Below are positions 46,407 to 56,539 of a stretch of 64,000 bases of DNA, piece by piece; positions within the stretch are counted from its first letter, which is position 1; each line of letters begins with the position of its first letter. The position numbers and the translations under genes were made by a program. The notes beneath the pieces were generated by a model that had not been told where the DNA came from, did not search any database, and was given only the letters and a program-made list of their open reading frames with translations. This DNA comes from Opitutia bacterium (GTDB lineage: Bacteria > Verrucomicrobiota > Verrucomicrobiia > Opitutales > UBA953), in the NCBI GenBank assembly GCA_947470855.1, contig CANIUQ010000006.1:7783-71782 (forward strand), written 5' to 3'.

Positions 46407-47534
46407 ATGAAGTTCAAGGTAAACCGAAACCATTTCTTTAACGGTCTTTCCAGCGTTACCAACGTGGTTGGCAATCGAGCAACGATGCCCATCTTACAAA
46501 ATGTACTGATTGAAGCTGAGGGTGACACAGTAACTCTCACTACGACCAATTTAGATTTAGGTATTTGTTGTCGAATTAAAGCAACCATCACATCTCCAGG
46601 TCGCATTACTTTACCTATCAAAAAACTCGGATCAATTATTCGTTCTCTTTCCGCCCAAGAAGCCACCGTAGAAATTACAGGTAAAGATCGAGTAAAAATT
46701 AGTTCGGGCAGCTCCATCTTCACAATTGCTGGTTTACCTGCTGATCAATTCCCTCCGCTGACCAGTTTCTCAAATCAATCTTCGATTGCCATTAACCAAG
46801 AAGACCTTGGTGCCATGTTGCGCAAAGTAAGTTATGCGCAATCAACCGATGAAAATCGTTATATTCTCAATGGCGTTTTCTTTGAACTCGGTGGAGGAAA
46901 ATTAACGGTTGTGGCTACGGATGGCCGACGTCTCGCCAAATGCGAACGTGAGTTAGCAGGGTCGGATAAGCCATTATCATTAATTCTACCAGCCCGCACC
47001 ATTGCTGAATTGCAACGACTGCTCAAAGCCGATGGCAAGGTGCACATCGTTAACAACGAAAGACAAGTTAGCTTCACGATTGAAGTTCCCAAAAATGAAG
47101 AAGGTCTCGTGGATCGTATCCAACTTGTATCTAAGGTCGTTGAAGGAAATTATCCCAACTATCGTCAAGTCATCCCCAAAGAGGCAGGCAACAAAGTGCG
47201 TCTCGATCGAGTTAATCTTTTAGACAGCGTTGGTCGTGCATCGCTGATGTGTGATGATCGTCATAACACCATTCGGCTTTCGGTATCTAAGAAATCTCAA
47301 AATCTAGAAATTTCAGCAAAATCGGAATTGGGTGAAGCTCATGAGCCGATTGCCGTTAAATATGACGGACCAGACGTTAACATCGCCTTTAACCCAGTCT
47401 ACGTTATGGAACCACTGAAGGCTGTGACGGAAGACGAACTCGATTTTGAGTTTAAAGATGACATGTCTCCTGGAGTTATTCGCGGGTTAAAAGAAGACTT
47501 CCTCTGTGTGGTAATGCCACAGAGAATTTCTTAA
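46407..47534 (+). CDS. dnaN: DNA polymerase III subunit beta (sliding clamp)
   Basis: The start is placed at ATG 46407 (MKFKVNRNHFFNGL). It has the three-domain clamp pattern (ILQNVLIEA, ATDGRRLA, PNYRQVIP, VMPQRI). Confidence 0.93.
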   Translation: MKFKVNRNHFFNGLSSVTNVVGNRATMPILQNVLIEAEGDTVTLTTTNLDLGICCRIKATITSPGRITLPIKKLGSIIRSLSAQEATVEITGKDRVKISSGSSIFTIAGLPADQFPPLTSFSNQSSIAINQEDLGAMLRKVSYAQSTDENRYILNGVFFELGGGKLTVVATDGRRLAKCERELAGSDKPLSLILPARTIAELQRLLKADGKVHIVNNERQVSFTIEVPKNEEGLVDRIQLVSKVVEGNYPNYRQVIPKEAGNKVRLDRVNLLDSVGRASLMCDDRHNTIRLSVSKKSQNLEISAKSELGEAHEPIAVKYDGPDVNIAFNPVYVMEPLKAVTEDELDFEFKDDMSPGVIRGLKEDFLCVVMPQRIS

Positions 47535-48175
47535 AGACCGAGATCGGAAATATCGTCGAGAGACTTAATCGCCGCCAAGATGCGTCGAGAAGCCTCGACA
47601 GTGCGCTCAGGGTGGTCCTTCCCAGGATCGTAATCCTTGGGTGATAAAGGTGGCCCAAAGCGTACTCTTAGGCGTGCACCGCCAACTGGAAAATGAGCCC
47701 CGCGAGGTAAAATATCTCGCGCCCCACGAATATGAATCGGAACAACGGGAACGCCTGATTTACAGGCCAATAAACCGGCTCCGGCTTTGGCTTCCTGGAT
47801 TTCTCCATCGTGGCTACGTGTTCCTTCGGGAAAAATGAGGAGGCCATGTCCCGCTTGTAAGGCAGCGAGAGCGACGCGAATGGCTCCGATATCAGCTTCA
47901 CCGCGGTCGAGCGGAATGGAATGACAGGCACGAATGACAGCACCAAAAATTGGATTATCAAAAAGTGATTTTCGAGCAATGAACGAAATCTCTCGTGGTA
48001 GACAGGAACCAACTAGAGGAGGATCCAGCATACTTTGATGGTTCGAAGCGAGAAGACAGCTTCCTTGAGGAACACTATCCCACCCTTCGACGTCTAAAGT
48101 CGAAAAGACCTCAATAAAGGAACGTGCCCCATGGTAGACGGCTTGGTAAACAAGATTGTGGGATTGTAAAATCAT
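47531..48175 (-). CDS. plsC: 1-acyl-sn-glycerol-3-phosphate acyltransferase
   Basis: 214 aa with the HX4D motif NHQSMLDP, plus FPEGTRS and the block III/IV pattern. Confidence 0.85.
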   Translation of the reverse strand: MILQSHNLVYQAVYHGARSFIEVFSTLDVEGWDSVPQGSCLLASNHQSMLDPPLVGSCLPREISFIARKSLFDNPIFGAVIRACHSIPLDRGEADIGAIRVALAALQAGHGLLIFPEGTRSHDGEIQEAKAGAGLLACKSGVPVVPIHIRGARDILPRGAHFPVGGARLRVRFGPPLSPKDYDPGKDHPERTVEASRRILAAIKSLDDISDLGL

Positions 48176-50193
48176 GAGACAGCCAAGGCCGGGGCAATCA
48201 GTCTCTCCACTTCTTGGATAACTTCTGCCAGTGAGAGTTTAGTATTATCAATGCGCACTGCCCCCGTTGGACAAATCAGGGGTGCCGCTGCACGCGTTGA
48301 ATCGAGTAAATCTCTTTGAGCAATGGAATCAGCTTGCCCTTCGGTTGATCGGCGGAGACGTCGCGCTTCGGCATCGGCCTCCAAAAAAATCCGCAGGGTT
48401 GCATTAGGGAGAACCACGGAACCGATATCGCGGCCTTCCATGATTAATCCTGCAAAACCTGCTTCGCGTGCTAGTTCGACCTGACTGCGTTGATAATTTA
48501 AGATGTAATTTCTTACGGCAGGCAGGGCAGCAAAAGCAGAAACGGAGGCATTAACCTCGGGGCTTCGAATTTCAGTTTCGGAAGCAATTTTTCCGTTTAG
48601 GACGCAGCGCGAGGAAAAACCGCACAAAGCTGAATCCAGTTTAAATTGGGCAAGGGCGTTTTCAACGCTAGCGAGATTGCTCGGGGTCGCTTTTGCACTC
48701 AATAAACCAACCGTGAGTGTGCGGTAATGAGCTCCGGTATCGACATGCATTAACCCTAAGTGTTGAGCGACTGCCCGAGCGGTGCTCGATTTGCCCGAGG
48801 CTGCGCCGCCATCAATCGCAATGCTAACAAATGATGAACGTAATCCCGCAAGGGCTTGGAAAAAGCGTGGAAAAGTTTTTCCTGTGCAACCGGGATCCTC
48901 GATTTTTATCCAAGGGGTGCCATCGCCTAATAAGTCATAAGAACCTAAAATGCCAAAGCTCATCGCCATTCGATGATCTTCATAGGTGTGGATGGAGGTG
49001 GGTCCACGTTGGGCAGTTTTTAGTAAAGCATCGCGACTGGGATAAATCGTTAGAGAGGAAAGCGAGGCATCGGCTTGTAAGGCTTGAGGAGACGGTTCCA
49101 CTTTTACACCGAGGCGGTTTAACTCTGTTGCCATCGCTAACAATCGATCGGTTTCTTGTTTGCGAGTATGGGCAATATTTCGAATGACTGTCGGTTTGTC
49201 TGCTAAAGGAGCGAGGGCAGCTAATGTGAGGAAGGTGTCGGAAAATTGATTAAAATCGAAATCTCCACCACGCAAATTGTGCCAACTGCGCACTCGGGCA
49301 GAGTCGCCTTGGTAATCCATGTCGGCCCCGTAAAGTTTAGCAACCTCAGCAAAAGCGGTATCACCTTGTAGGCCTTTCGGCTGATAGCCTTGGAGTCGAA
49401 CACAGGAGCCTTGGCCAGTGACAGCAGGTAATGCGATAAAGTAACTCGCCGCCGTGGCGTCGGGTTCAATCGCATAAACTTGAGGCGAGATGTAAGCGCC
49501 AGGATTTGCGCAGAACCAGCGTCCTTCGGCGTCACGTGAGAGCGAACGGCCAAATTGGGCACACATTCTTTCCGTCATCACCACAAAGGGTTCGGAAACC
49601 GTTTCACCAGACATTTTGACGGTTGTGCCCGCACGCAGGGGCAAGACCATTAATAAGGCGGATAATAATTGAGAACTAGCCGAGGCATCCACCGTCAAAT
49701 CTTTGAGCTGCCCTGATGTTTGTAAGACAAAAGGAAAAGCCTGAGCAGGTTTACCCTCGGCTGTGTAAGCCAAGGTCTTTGAACTCGCTAAGGAATTTAA
49801 TAATCCCGACATCGGGCGAGCGCGCATCGCAACATCCCCATCCATCGCATATTTTCCTTGGTGAGAGAGAGCGAGAAAAGCCGTTAAAAAACGAGCTGCG
49901 GTGCCTGCATTGCCGACATGTAGGGTGCCCTCTTTTACAGGAATATTTCCCGCATTACCTTGAACGCGAATCGTGCCAGCGACTTCATCGTCGACAATGA
50001 CGAAGCCCAACGTGCGCAGCGCTTGAATGAGAATTTTGGTATCTCGACTAAACAACGCGCCCGTTAAAAGAGTTTCTCCCTCAGCTAAAGCAGCCAAGAT
50101 TAATGCACGATTGGTGATACTCTTTGATCCGGGAACTTGAGCGACACCACGAGCGGCCGTACGAAAGGGTTTAATTAAAAGCGACTCAGTCAT
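48172..50193 (-). CDS. aroA: fusion protein: 3-phosphoshikimate 1-carboxyvinyltransferase (N) / cytidylate kinase (C)
   Basis: A single 673-aa ORF. Residues 1 to about 445 are EPSP synthase (GSKSITNRALILAAL, LHVGNAGTAARFL, DHRMAMSF). From about residue 450 onward it is a cytidylate kinase (IAIDGGAASGKSSTARAV...HVDTGAHYR...GRDIGSVV). Confidence 0.85.
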   Translation of the reverse strand: MTESLLIKPFRTAARGVAQVPGSKSITNRALILAALAEGETLLTGALFSRDTKILIQALRTLGFVIVDDEVAGTIRVQGNAGNIPVKEGTLHVGNAGTAARFLTAFLALSHQGKYAMDGDVAMRARPMSGLLNSLASSKTLAYTAEGKPAQAFPFVLQTSGQLKDLTVDASASSQLLSALLMVLPLRAGTTVKMSGETVSEPFVVMTERMCAQFGRSLSRDAEGRWFCANPGAYISPQVYAIEPDATAASYFIALPAVTGQGSCVRLQGYQPKGLQGDTAFAEVAKLYGADMDYQGDSARVRSWHNLRGGDFDFNQFSDTFLTLAALAPLADKPTVIRNIAHTRKQETDRLLAMATELNRLGVKVEPSPQALQADASLSSLTIYPSRDALLKTAQRGPTSIHTYEDHRMAMSFGILGSYDLLGDGTPWIKIEDPGCTGKTFPRFFQALAGLRSSFVSIAIDGGAASGKSSTARAVAQHLGLMHVDTGAHYRTLTVGLLSAKATPSNLASVENALAQFKLDSALCGFSSRCVLNGKIASETEIRSPEVNASVSAFAALPAVRNYILNYQRSQVELAREAGFAGLIMEGRDIGSVVLPNATLRIFLEADAEARRLRRSTEGQADSIAQRDLLDSTRAAAPLICPTGAVRIDNTKLSLAEVIQEVERLIAPALAVS

Positions 50194-50198
50194 AGAGC

Positions 50199-51044
50199 TT
50201 AGTCGAGAGATTGACGGATAATTTTAGCAGCCTTTAAAAATTGCGAAATTTCTTGGGCATTACCTTGTTCAATAGCGAGACGCAACCGGCGACAGTGTTT
50301 TTCAAGCTCAGCGAGGCCCGCCGTTACGGGCAGAGAATTGGCTAACAGAATTCCCGTCCATAGATTTTCTTCTCCTCCCGCGACGCGAGTAGTGTCTTTT
50401 AATCCCGAGCCAGCGACATGAGAATTGAAATCAGGTAAACTGGCGACGGCTAAGATTAATGCCGAAGCCGCAGCGTGAGGAACATGACTAACCGCCGCAA
50501 CCATCGCATCGTGTTGTTGTGCTGAACAGGTAAAGAGGCGCGAGCCTAGTTCAGTCCAAAAGGCCTGGATTTTTTCTAAGGCTTGAGCCGATTCTTGGCC
50601 CGTTGGCGTTATGAAACACAGTCGATCCTGAAAAAGATTTTCTTGAGCATGCGTAGCGCCCGCTTTTTCGGAGCCCGCCATCGGGTGCGATCCGATGAAA
50701 GTAACTTGAGGCGGGAGGTGGCTAGCGTCTTTTAGAATGGAAGTTTTGACACTTCCTACATCGGTAACGAGTGCTCCAGGGGATAAGGCAGGACCGATTT
50801 CTCGGCAGGTTTCGGCCATGCGATCGACGGGAGTGGCAATCACAACTAAATCTGCACCTCGTACTGCCTCTGCTGCTGTATCATAGACCTGCGCGATGCC
50901 ATTTTGGCGCAAAAACTTTCTCGAAGTATCGGAGCGCGACCAACAGGTGAGGCTGGGGGCTAGTTTTCGTCGGGCAGCGCCTAAGACAATCGACCCTCCG
51001 ATGAGGCCAGCACCAACGACGGCAATATGTTTAAAGCGAGACAT
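50199..51044 (-). CDS. tyrA: prephenate dehydrogenase
   Basis: 281 aa with the Rossmann motif IAVVGAGLIGGSI, the catalytic block GSHPMAGSEKAG and a helical dimerisation domain. Confidence 0.85.
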   Translation of the reverse strand: MSRFKHIAVVGAGLIGGSIVLGAARRKLAPSLTCWSRSDTSRKFLRQNGIAQVYDTAAEAVRGADLVVIATPVDRMAETCREIGPALSPGALVTDVGSVKTSILKDASHLPPQVTFIGSHPMAGSEKAGATHAQENLFQDRLCFITPTGQESAQALEKIQAFWTELGSRLFTCSAQQHDAMVAAVSHVPHAAASALILAVASLPDFNSHVAGSGLKDTTRVAGGEENLWTGILLANSLPVTAGLAELEKHCRRLRLAIEQGNAQEISQFLKAAKIIRQSLD

Positions 51045-51137
51045 TTTCTAAAGTTGAAGGTCTAGGGTTGAAGCATAGCCTGATAAAACTAACAAAGTAA
51101 ACAAACTGCCAGCGACAAATGGCATTTGCTGGAAAAC

Positions 51138-52898
51138 ATGCCCCCCTCCGAACCCCCTAGAAAGTCGAGTTTCATTCCATCGACACCCCCCGTTTCTCGG
51201 GAGAGAAGCAGTCGCTGGAGAATTTTTCGTAAACAACTGAAGGCGGTTGTGCTAGGGGTTTTTATTGTAATTTTCATTATTATTGGGTCCTGGCTTTACA
51301 CCGAGGGGCAAAGACAAAGTCGTAGTTTGATCGATCTTTCCGCCAGCCGAGATGATGAAGCCCTGCGTGATTTATCTCTGCAAAAGGAAGCCGCCTTTGA
51401 AGAAATCCGTCTCAGTAAAGCGGTGCTGACGGCGGAGGACTTAACGCTTTTGGAAGAGGCCGTTAAAGCACAGGAAGAATATGTCGGACGCCAAGGTGGC
51501 TTTGCCTCTGAAAATACAAGATTGGAGAGCCTTCGTCGTCGATTGCATGTGATTCAAGCCGATCGTCTGCGTGCGATTTCTAATGCGGCCGAGGAAAGGG
51601 CAGTCACGGCGGCCGCGCAAAAAGACGGAACAGCGATTAAAGAGTTGGAGAAAGCATTAGAAGCGGAGCGCTTGATTGATTCTAAATGGATCTTTTCTGG
51701 TTTATCTGATCGGGGAAGAATTGCGCGTCTCGATACGCGATTAAGACGCATGCAGGCGGAACCTCTGTGGAAACAAACACGCGAACTGGAAAAGAAAGCG
51801 GAGCAAGCTTTTGCGGAGGGTGATATTAAACAAGCCCAGTCGATTATGCAGGATGCCATTCGTATCGAAAACGAATTTGCGACTAACTACCGAGATGTTT
51901 TGAATACCGAATTCAATCGCGTTGAACTTTTAACCAATCGACAGGAAACATTTCGTTCCCACCCTACCAAACTTTCTTTAGATAAACAGGTGGCCCAGGC
52001 TCGTAAAGCCGAAGCCGAGGATGATTGGAATAAAGCAACGGGCTCTTGGGAGTTAGCTTTGAGTGAAATGACCAAGCTGATGAAGGAATTTCCACGAAGT
52101 GCCTACTCGACCCGGGCAACGGAGGAAAAGTTAATTCTACAAAGAAATACTGCCCGAGCACACAATCGTTTGGAACAACTCATGCAAGACATAGCCAGCA
52201 TGCGGGGCTTCATTCGAGCCTCAGATTTTACCCGAGCTTTGGCCCAAGCGAATAGTCTGTTACTTGTTGCGGATAAGATAGAGCAAGATAATCCAGGGGT
52301 TATTCCTGCCGACAGTTTACTTCTTCGGGAGTTAAAATATATCACCCAAAATGCAGGTACTTTAGCGGTGATTGTGCCTACCTTAGATCGGATTACTTTG
52401 TTCGTTCCTCAGTATCCACAAGTTAAACTCCTCAAGCAGGAAGTTTCACAATCTCTTTACGCGGCTGTGGTTGGGAATAACCCCAGCATGATTCAAAGAG
52501 GAACGGCTCCTGTTGAGTCGGTCTCCTACAAGGATGCACAACTCTTTTGTCAAAATCTTACCTGGTTATCGGGGCGCAAGGTTCGCCTGCCCACACTCGA
52601 AGAAATGCAAAGTGCGGTGGGGGATGTGAGTGCCCCGCCTAAAGGCCCCCAAGCTTGGACCTTTGATAACACCGATGGGTTAACCGTGCGAGAAGTGGGA
52701 ACCAGTAAGCCCAATGCAGCGGGCTTTTTTGACCTTATTGGCAATGTCGAAGAGTGGACCCTCGCTCCCGAGGACAAGGAAGCGGCTGTGGTGGTAGGCG
52801 GAAGTGTCAATTGGGTCCCAGTCGCAGGATTTCCTCAAAGAAATGCCCAAAAACGTGAGCGAAGCAGAACGCTTGGCTTTCGTTTTATTATCGAGTAA
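51138..52898 (+). CDS. membrane-anchored coiled-coil protein with C-terminal FGE/SUMF1-like domain
   Basis: The start is placed at ATG 51138; the track ORF opens with a TTG at 51126. It has one TM (VVLGVFIVIFIIIGSWL) and about 380 aa of helical, charged repeats. The C-terminal blocks SVSYKDAQLFCQNL...RLPTLEEM...GFFDLIGNVEEWT...LGFRFI are typical of formylglycine-generating-enzyme-like domains. Confidence 0.7.
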   Translation: MPPSEPPRKSSFIPSTPPVSRERSSRWRIFRKQLKAVVLGVFIVIFIIIGSWLYTEGQRQSRSLIDLSASRDDEALRDLSLQKEAAFEEIRLSKAVLTAEDLTLLEEAVKAQEEYVGRQGGFASENTRLESLRRRLHVIQADRLRAISNAAEERAVTAAAQKDGTAIKELEKALEAERLIDSKWIFSGLSDRGRIARLDTRLRRMQAEPLWKQTRELEKKAEQAFAEGDIKQAQSIMQDAIRIENEFATNYRDVLNTEFNRVELLTNRQETFRSHPTKLSLDKQVAQARKAEAEDDWNKATGSWELALSEMTKLMKEFPRSAYSTRATEEKLILQRNTARAHNRLEQLMQDIASMRGFIRASDFTRALAQANSLLLVADKIEQDNPGVIPADSLLLRELKYITQNAGTLAVIVPTLDRITLFVPQYPQVKLLKQEVSQSLYAAVVGNNPSMIQRGTAPVESVSYKDAQLFCQNLTWLSGRKVRLPTLEEMQSAVGDVSAPPKGPQAWTFDNTDGLTVREVGTSKPNAAGFFDLIGNVEEWTLAPEDKEAAVVVGGSVNWVPVAGFPQRNAQKRERSRTLGFRFIIE

Positions 52899-52918
52899 GA
52901 TATTAAGAACCCCCTCTT

Positions 52919-54820
52919 ATGTCGTCTGCTGTATCTACCCCATCAGCAACCTTGCCGTCGTTTCCCCGCGTCTTTGTCTTTTTCATCGTCTACGGGTCGT
53001 TGGCTCTCCTTTGTTTGTGGCTGAGCTACGATATCCGTTTTCTTGAATTCGATAATGGTATCGGAATGACGTATATCGAACAGCGCAATGCTGCTCTCCT
53101 TTGGATAGTGCCTTTAAAAATTCTTTTACTTGGTTTGCTCGGACAATTTCGCGGAGTATTTTATTTTTTCCGACTGTATGATGCCATTCGGATGGTTGCG
53201 GCATTGGCTATCGCGACCGTTGTCGTTATTTTCATGGGAGTCTTTTTGCACAATGTTCCAGCGGCTAAATATTTTTCAATTCCACGAAGTATTGCGTTAA
53301 TTGATTTCAATTTATCTTTGATTATCTTTGTCGGATTCCGTGTGGGGATAAGAACATTACGCCATCGCCTAAAACATTCACCTTCTTCTTACCATGGGCC
53401 AATTAAAAGAATTGCGATTATTGGAGCAGGTAATGCGGGTGAACAGTTGGCTGCAGATTTGATTTCTCGTCGAGCCACGGGCATCGAACCCGTTTGTTTT
53501 TTGGATGATGCTGTGCATAAGCATGGCTTAGAAATTCATGGCATACCCATTGTTGGTTCGCCCGATGTCATGCCCAGCTTGCGCGAGAAATATGGAGTGA
53601 CCGAAGTTATTCTAGCCTTGCCCTCGCAAGGCGTTCGACGAATCCGGCAGCTGAGCAATCTGGCTTTAGAAAGTGGACTGAAGGTTTTAGTCGTACCATC
53701 GATGTCAGAGCTAGCTGGAGGTCGAGTAAGAGCGAATGACCTCCGCCCAGTTTCGGTGGAAGATTTATTGGGACGAGAGCCAGCTAAGTTAGACGATACA
53801 GCGATCGATCAACTGATTCATGGTCGTACGGTTTTAGTAACAGGAGCTGGAGGTAGTATCGGACAAGAAATTTGTCGGCAAGTCTCTCGCCGCCAACCGA
53901 AGCGATTAGTGATTTTGGATCAATGCGAAGTGCTTCTCTACCAAACGGAGCAAGAGTTAATAAGTTCAGACGCAGGAGCAATCATCACCCCGATTATTGC
54001 CGATGTGACGGACCGCACACGTATGGAGGAAATTTTCCAACGCTTTCGTCCAGAACTCGTGTTACATGCCGCAGCCCATAAGCATGTGCCCATGATGGAG
54101 TCGCAACCCGGCGAGGCTTTGAAGAATAATACTCTCGGAACCGCTTTGGTGGCAGAGTTGGCTTCGAATTATCAGGTAAAAGAATTTGTCTTAATTTCCA
54201 CGGACAAAGCGATTAACCCCACGAATGTAATGGGCGCCTCTAAGCGCTTGGCGGAAATTGCTGTGCAATCGATGCAAACCCGTCCAGGCAACTTAACGCG
54301 CTTTGTGGCAGTGCGATTTGGCAATGTTTTAGGCTCCTCTGGTTCGGTTATTCCAATGTTCAAAAAGCAGATTGCCGCGGGCGGCCCAGTGACGGTGACA
54401 CACCCCGATGTACAGCGGTACTTCATGACCATTCCTGAGGCCGTTGGTCTCGTTTTGCAAAGCGCAACACAGGGCCGAGGTGGAGACATTCTTGTTCTGG
54501 AAATGGGGCAGCCTTTGAAGATTATCGATGTCGCACGCCAGCTCATTGAGCTCAGCGGATTCCGTCCCGACATTGATATCGAAATTAAAATTACGGGTCT
54601 GCGCCCAGGAGAGAAAATGATCGAAGAACTTCAGCATCATGGAGAGCAACACCACCCTACGGCACACCCCCGTATTTTCCGCTTCGTTGGACCAGCGATG
54701 GATAATGCGAAACTACCCGAGTTTCTTCAGGCAGTGAAGCAATGCATTTCTCAGGAAAAGGATATTTGTAAGCAAGGCATTCGCCAATTGGTTCCCGAGT
54801 ATATTCCTTTTGTGGATTAG
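52919..54820 (+). CDS. polysaccharide biosynthesis protein, membrane-bound NDP-sugar 4,6-dehydratase/epimerase (CapD/PglF/WbpM-like)
   Basis: 633 aa. It has four N-terminal TM helices, a first Rossmann-like domain (IIGAGNAGEQL) and an SDR domain with VLVTGAGGSIGQEI, STDKA and MGASKRLAE. Confidence 0.88.
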   Translation: MSSAVSTPSATLPSFPRVFVFFIVYGSLALLCLWLSYDIRFLEFDNGIGMTYIEQRNAALLWIVPLKILLLGLLGQFRGVFYFFRLYDAIRMVAALAIATVVVIFMGVFLHNVPAAKYFSIPRSIALIDFNLSLIIFVGFRVGIRTLRHRLKHSPSSYHGPIKRIAIIGAGNAGEQLAADLISRRATGIEPVCFLDDAVHKHGLEIHGIPIVGSPDVMPSLREKYGVTEVILALPSQGVRRIRQLSNLALESGLKVLVVPSMSELAGGRVRANDLRPVSVEDLLGREPAKLDDTAIDQLIHGRTVLVTGAGGSIGQEICRQVSRRQPKRLVILDQCEVLLYQTEQELISSDAGAIITPIIADVTDRTRMEEIFQRFRPELVLHAAAHKHVPMMESQPGEALKNNTLGTALVAELASNYQVKEFVLISTDKAINPTNVMGASKRLAEIAVQSMQTRPGNLTRFVAVRFGNVLGSSGSVIPMFKKQIAAGGPVTVTHPDVQRYFMTIPEAVGLVLQSATQGRGGDILVLEMGQPLKIIDVARQLIELSGFRPDIDIEIKITGLRPGEKMIEELQHHGEQHHPTAHPRIFRFVGPAMDNAKLPEFLQAVKQCISQEKDICKQGIRQLVPEYIPFVD

Positions 54821-54871
54821 TTTTTACGCTTCAGGCTTTCCTCCGAGAGAGACTTTCTGCATCTTTGGTCT

Positions 54872-55396
54872 ATGGCCAAGCAGTCTTCTCTACGCGCTAC
54901 TGTCGGTATTATTATGGGCTCTCAATCGGATTGGGAAACCATGATACATGCGGCAGAAACTTTGAAAAAGCTCGGCGTAGCCTTTGAGACAGAAGTCGTC
55001 AGCGCACATCGCACGCCTTTAAAGTTAAAAGACTATGCACTGAGTGCTAAGAAGCGTGGACTTAAAATTATCATCGCCGGGGCGGGTGGAGCAGCCCATT
55101 TGCCTGGCATGGCAGCAGCGATGACGGTTTTACCCGTATTAGGTGTTCCTGTTTCCTCAAAATCTTTAGAAGGTATCGACTCATTATTATCCATTGTGCA
55201 AATGCCTGCAGGCATCCCAGTGCACACGTTTGCCATCGGTCGAGCGGGTGCCGTGAATGCGGCACTTGGGGCAGTGGCTATTTTGGCACTCACAGATTCT
55301 GCTTTAGCTCAAAGACTGGATCGTTTTCGTGCGGAACAAACGCAAGCGGTTTTAGAAAATCCAATTCCAGGCAAGGCGGGGAAAAAGAAAAAATAA
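54872..55396 (+). CDS. purE: 5-(carboxyamino)imidazole ribonucleotide mutase
   Basis: 174 aa with the class I PurE blocks [17 protein letters not shown] and [13 protein letters not shown]. Confidence 0.95.
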   Translation: MAKQSSLRATVGIIMGSQSDWETMIHAAETLKKLGVAFETEVVSAHRTPLKLKDYALSAKKRGLKIIIAGAGGAAHLPGMAAAMTVLPVLGVPVSSKSLEGIDSLLSIVQMPAGIPVHTFAIGRAGAVNAALGAVAILALTDSALAQRLDRFRAEQTQAVLENPIPGKAGKKKK

Positions 55397-55399
55397 GTT

Positions 55400-56539
55400 A
55401 TGGCAAAGCCTTTACTTCCAGGTGGCACAATTGGGATTTTAGGTGGCGGACAATTAGGTCGCATGTCAGCCATCGCGGCGCGACGTATGGGTTATAAAGT
55501 AAAAACTTATGATCCCTCCGCTTCATCTTGTGCAGCCGCGATTGCCGATGAACATTTTTCTGCGCCATGGAATGATAACGTTGCCCTGAAAAAATTCGCC
55601 GAAGGCTGTGATCGCGTAACTTTGGAGTTTGAAAACATACCGCCTTCCACCGTCGAATGGGTGAACGGCATCGTACCTTGCCATCCTTCAGCCCAAGTCT
55701 TGGCGATTTGTCAGAACCGTCGTCGCGAAAAAGAATTTCTTAAGGCTTCGGGCATACCCTGTGCGCCTTTTGCGGTGGTTTCATCGTTCGATGAGTTTAC
55801 GAAAGCCGTTCCGACCTTAGGCTATCCCTGTGTTTTAAAAACAGCGGATTTTGGTTATGACGGTAAAGGACAAGTCAAACTACCGGATGCAAAGGCTGAT
55901 TTAGATGCCGCTTGGGCTGTTACTGGTGGCGGTAAAGGAGTCGTGGAAGCCTGGATTCCTTTTCAGTGTGAAATTTCCGTTTTAGTTGCACGCACGGAAA
56001 GCGGAGAGGTTGCGGTTTATGAACCAGCGGAAAACATCCACAAAAATCACATCTTACACTTATCGCTTTCTCCGGCGCGTATTTCTTCAGCCACAGCGCA
56101 AGAAGCATGTCAGCTCGCCTTGAAAATTGCGGAAAAGATTAATTTGGTCGGTTTGTTAGCCGTTGAAATGTTTGTGCAAGAGGGACGAATTTTGGTAAAC
56201 GAACTTGCACCTCGTCCGCATAATAGTGGCCATCAAACCTTTGACGCGAATCAAACCAGTCAGTTTGAACAACACATTCGTGCCGTCTGTGGTTTGCCAT
56301 TAGGCGGAACGAAACCGTTGCAACCTTCGGCGATGGTTAATCTTTTAGGCGATCTTTGGCGTCATGGCGCCGAGCCCGATTGGACTAAGGTTTTACAAGA
56401 TCCAGCAGCCAAATTGCACCTTTACGATAAAGGGCAAGCTGCCCCAGGGCGAAAGATGGGTCATATCACCGTCACCGCGGCAACAGTAGAAGAGGCTAAA
56501 CAGCGCGCTGAAGCCTTGCACGCAGCCCTCTCTGCTTAG
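55400..56539 (+). CDS. purK: 5-(carboxyamino)imidazole ribonucleotide synthase
   Basis: 379 aa ATP-grasp protein (IGILGGGQLGRM, YPCVLK...GYDGKGQ, VNELAPRPHNSGH, GRKMGHIT). It lies 3 bp after purE. Confidence 0.92.
   Translation: MAKPLLPGGTIGILGGGQLGRMSAIAARRMGYKVKTYDPSASSCAAAIADEHFSAPWNDNVALKKFAEGCDRVTLEFENIPPSTVEWVNGIVPCHPSAQVLAICQNRRREKEFLKASGIPCAPFAVVSSFDEFTKAVPTLGYPCVLKTADFGYDGKGQVKLPDAKADLDAAWAVTGGGKGVVEAWIPFQCEISVLVARTESGEVAVYEPAENIHKNHILHLSLSPARISSATAQEACQLALKIAEKINLVGLLAVEMFVQEGRILVNELAPRPHNSGHQTFDANQTSQFEQHIRAVCGLPLGGTKPLQPSAMVNLLGDLWRHGAEPDWTKVLQDPAAKLHLYDKGQAAPGRKMGHITVTAATVEEAKQRAEALHAALSA

Noticed and set aside
46313-46723. 136-aa minus-strand ORF spanning the dnaN 5' region and the AT-rich spacer
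   Set aside because: It overlaps the conserved N-terminal domain of dnaN and has no recognisable features. The spacer portion is better explained as regulatory or origin-like DNA.
55042-55050. GAGTGCTAA, a CIRCE half-site
   Set aside because: It lies inside purE coding sequence with no TTAGCACTC partner 9 nt upstream, and it is unrelated to the chaperone genes. I treat it as a coincidence.
55423-55428. TGGCAC words, examined as possible sigma-54 -24 elements; others occur at about 3155, 18535, 33953, 40308 and 43755
   Set aside because: None is followed by TTGC at the N5 spacing, and all lie within coding sequence. No convincing -24/-12 promoter was found by eye in the window.
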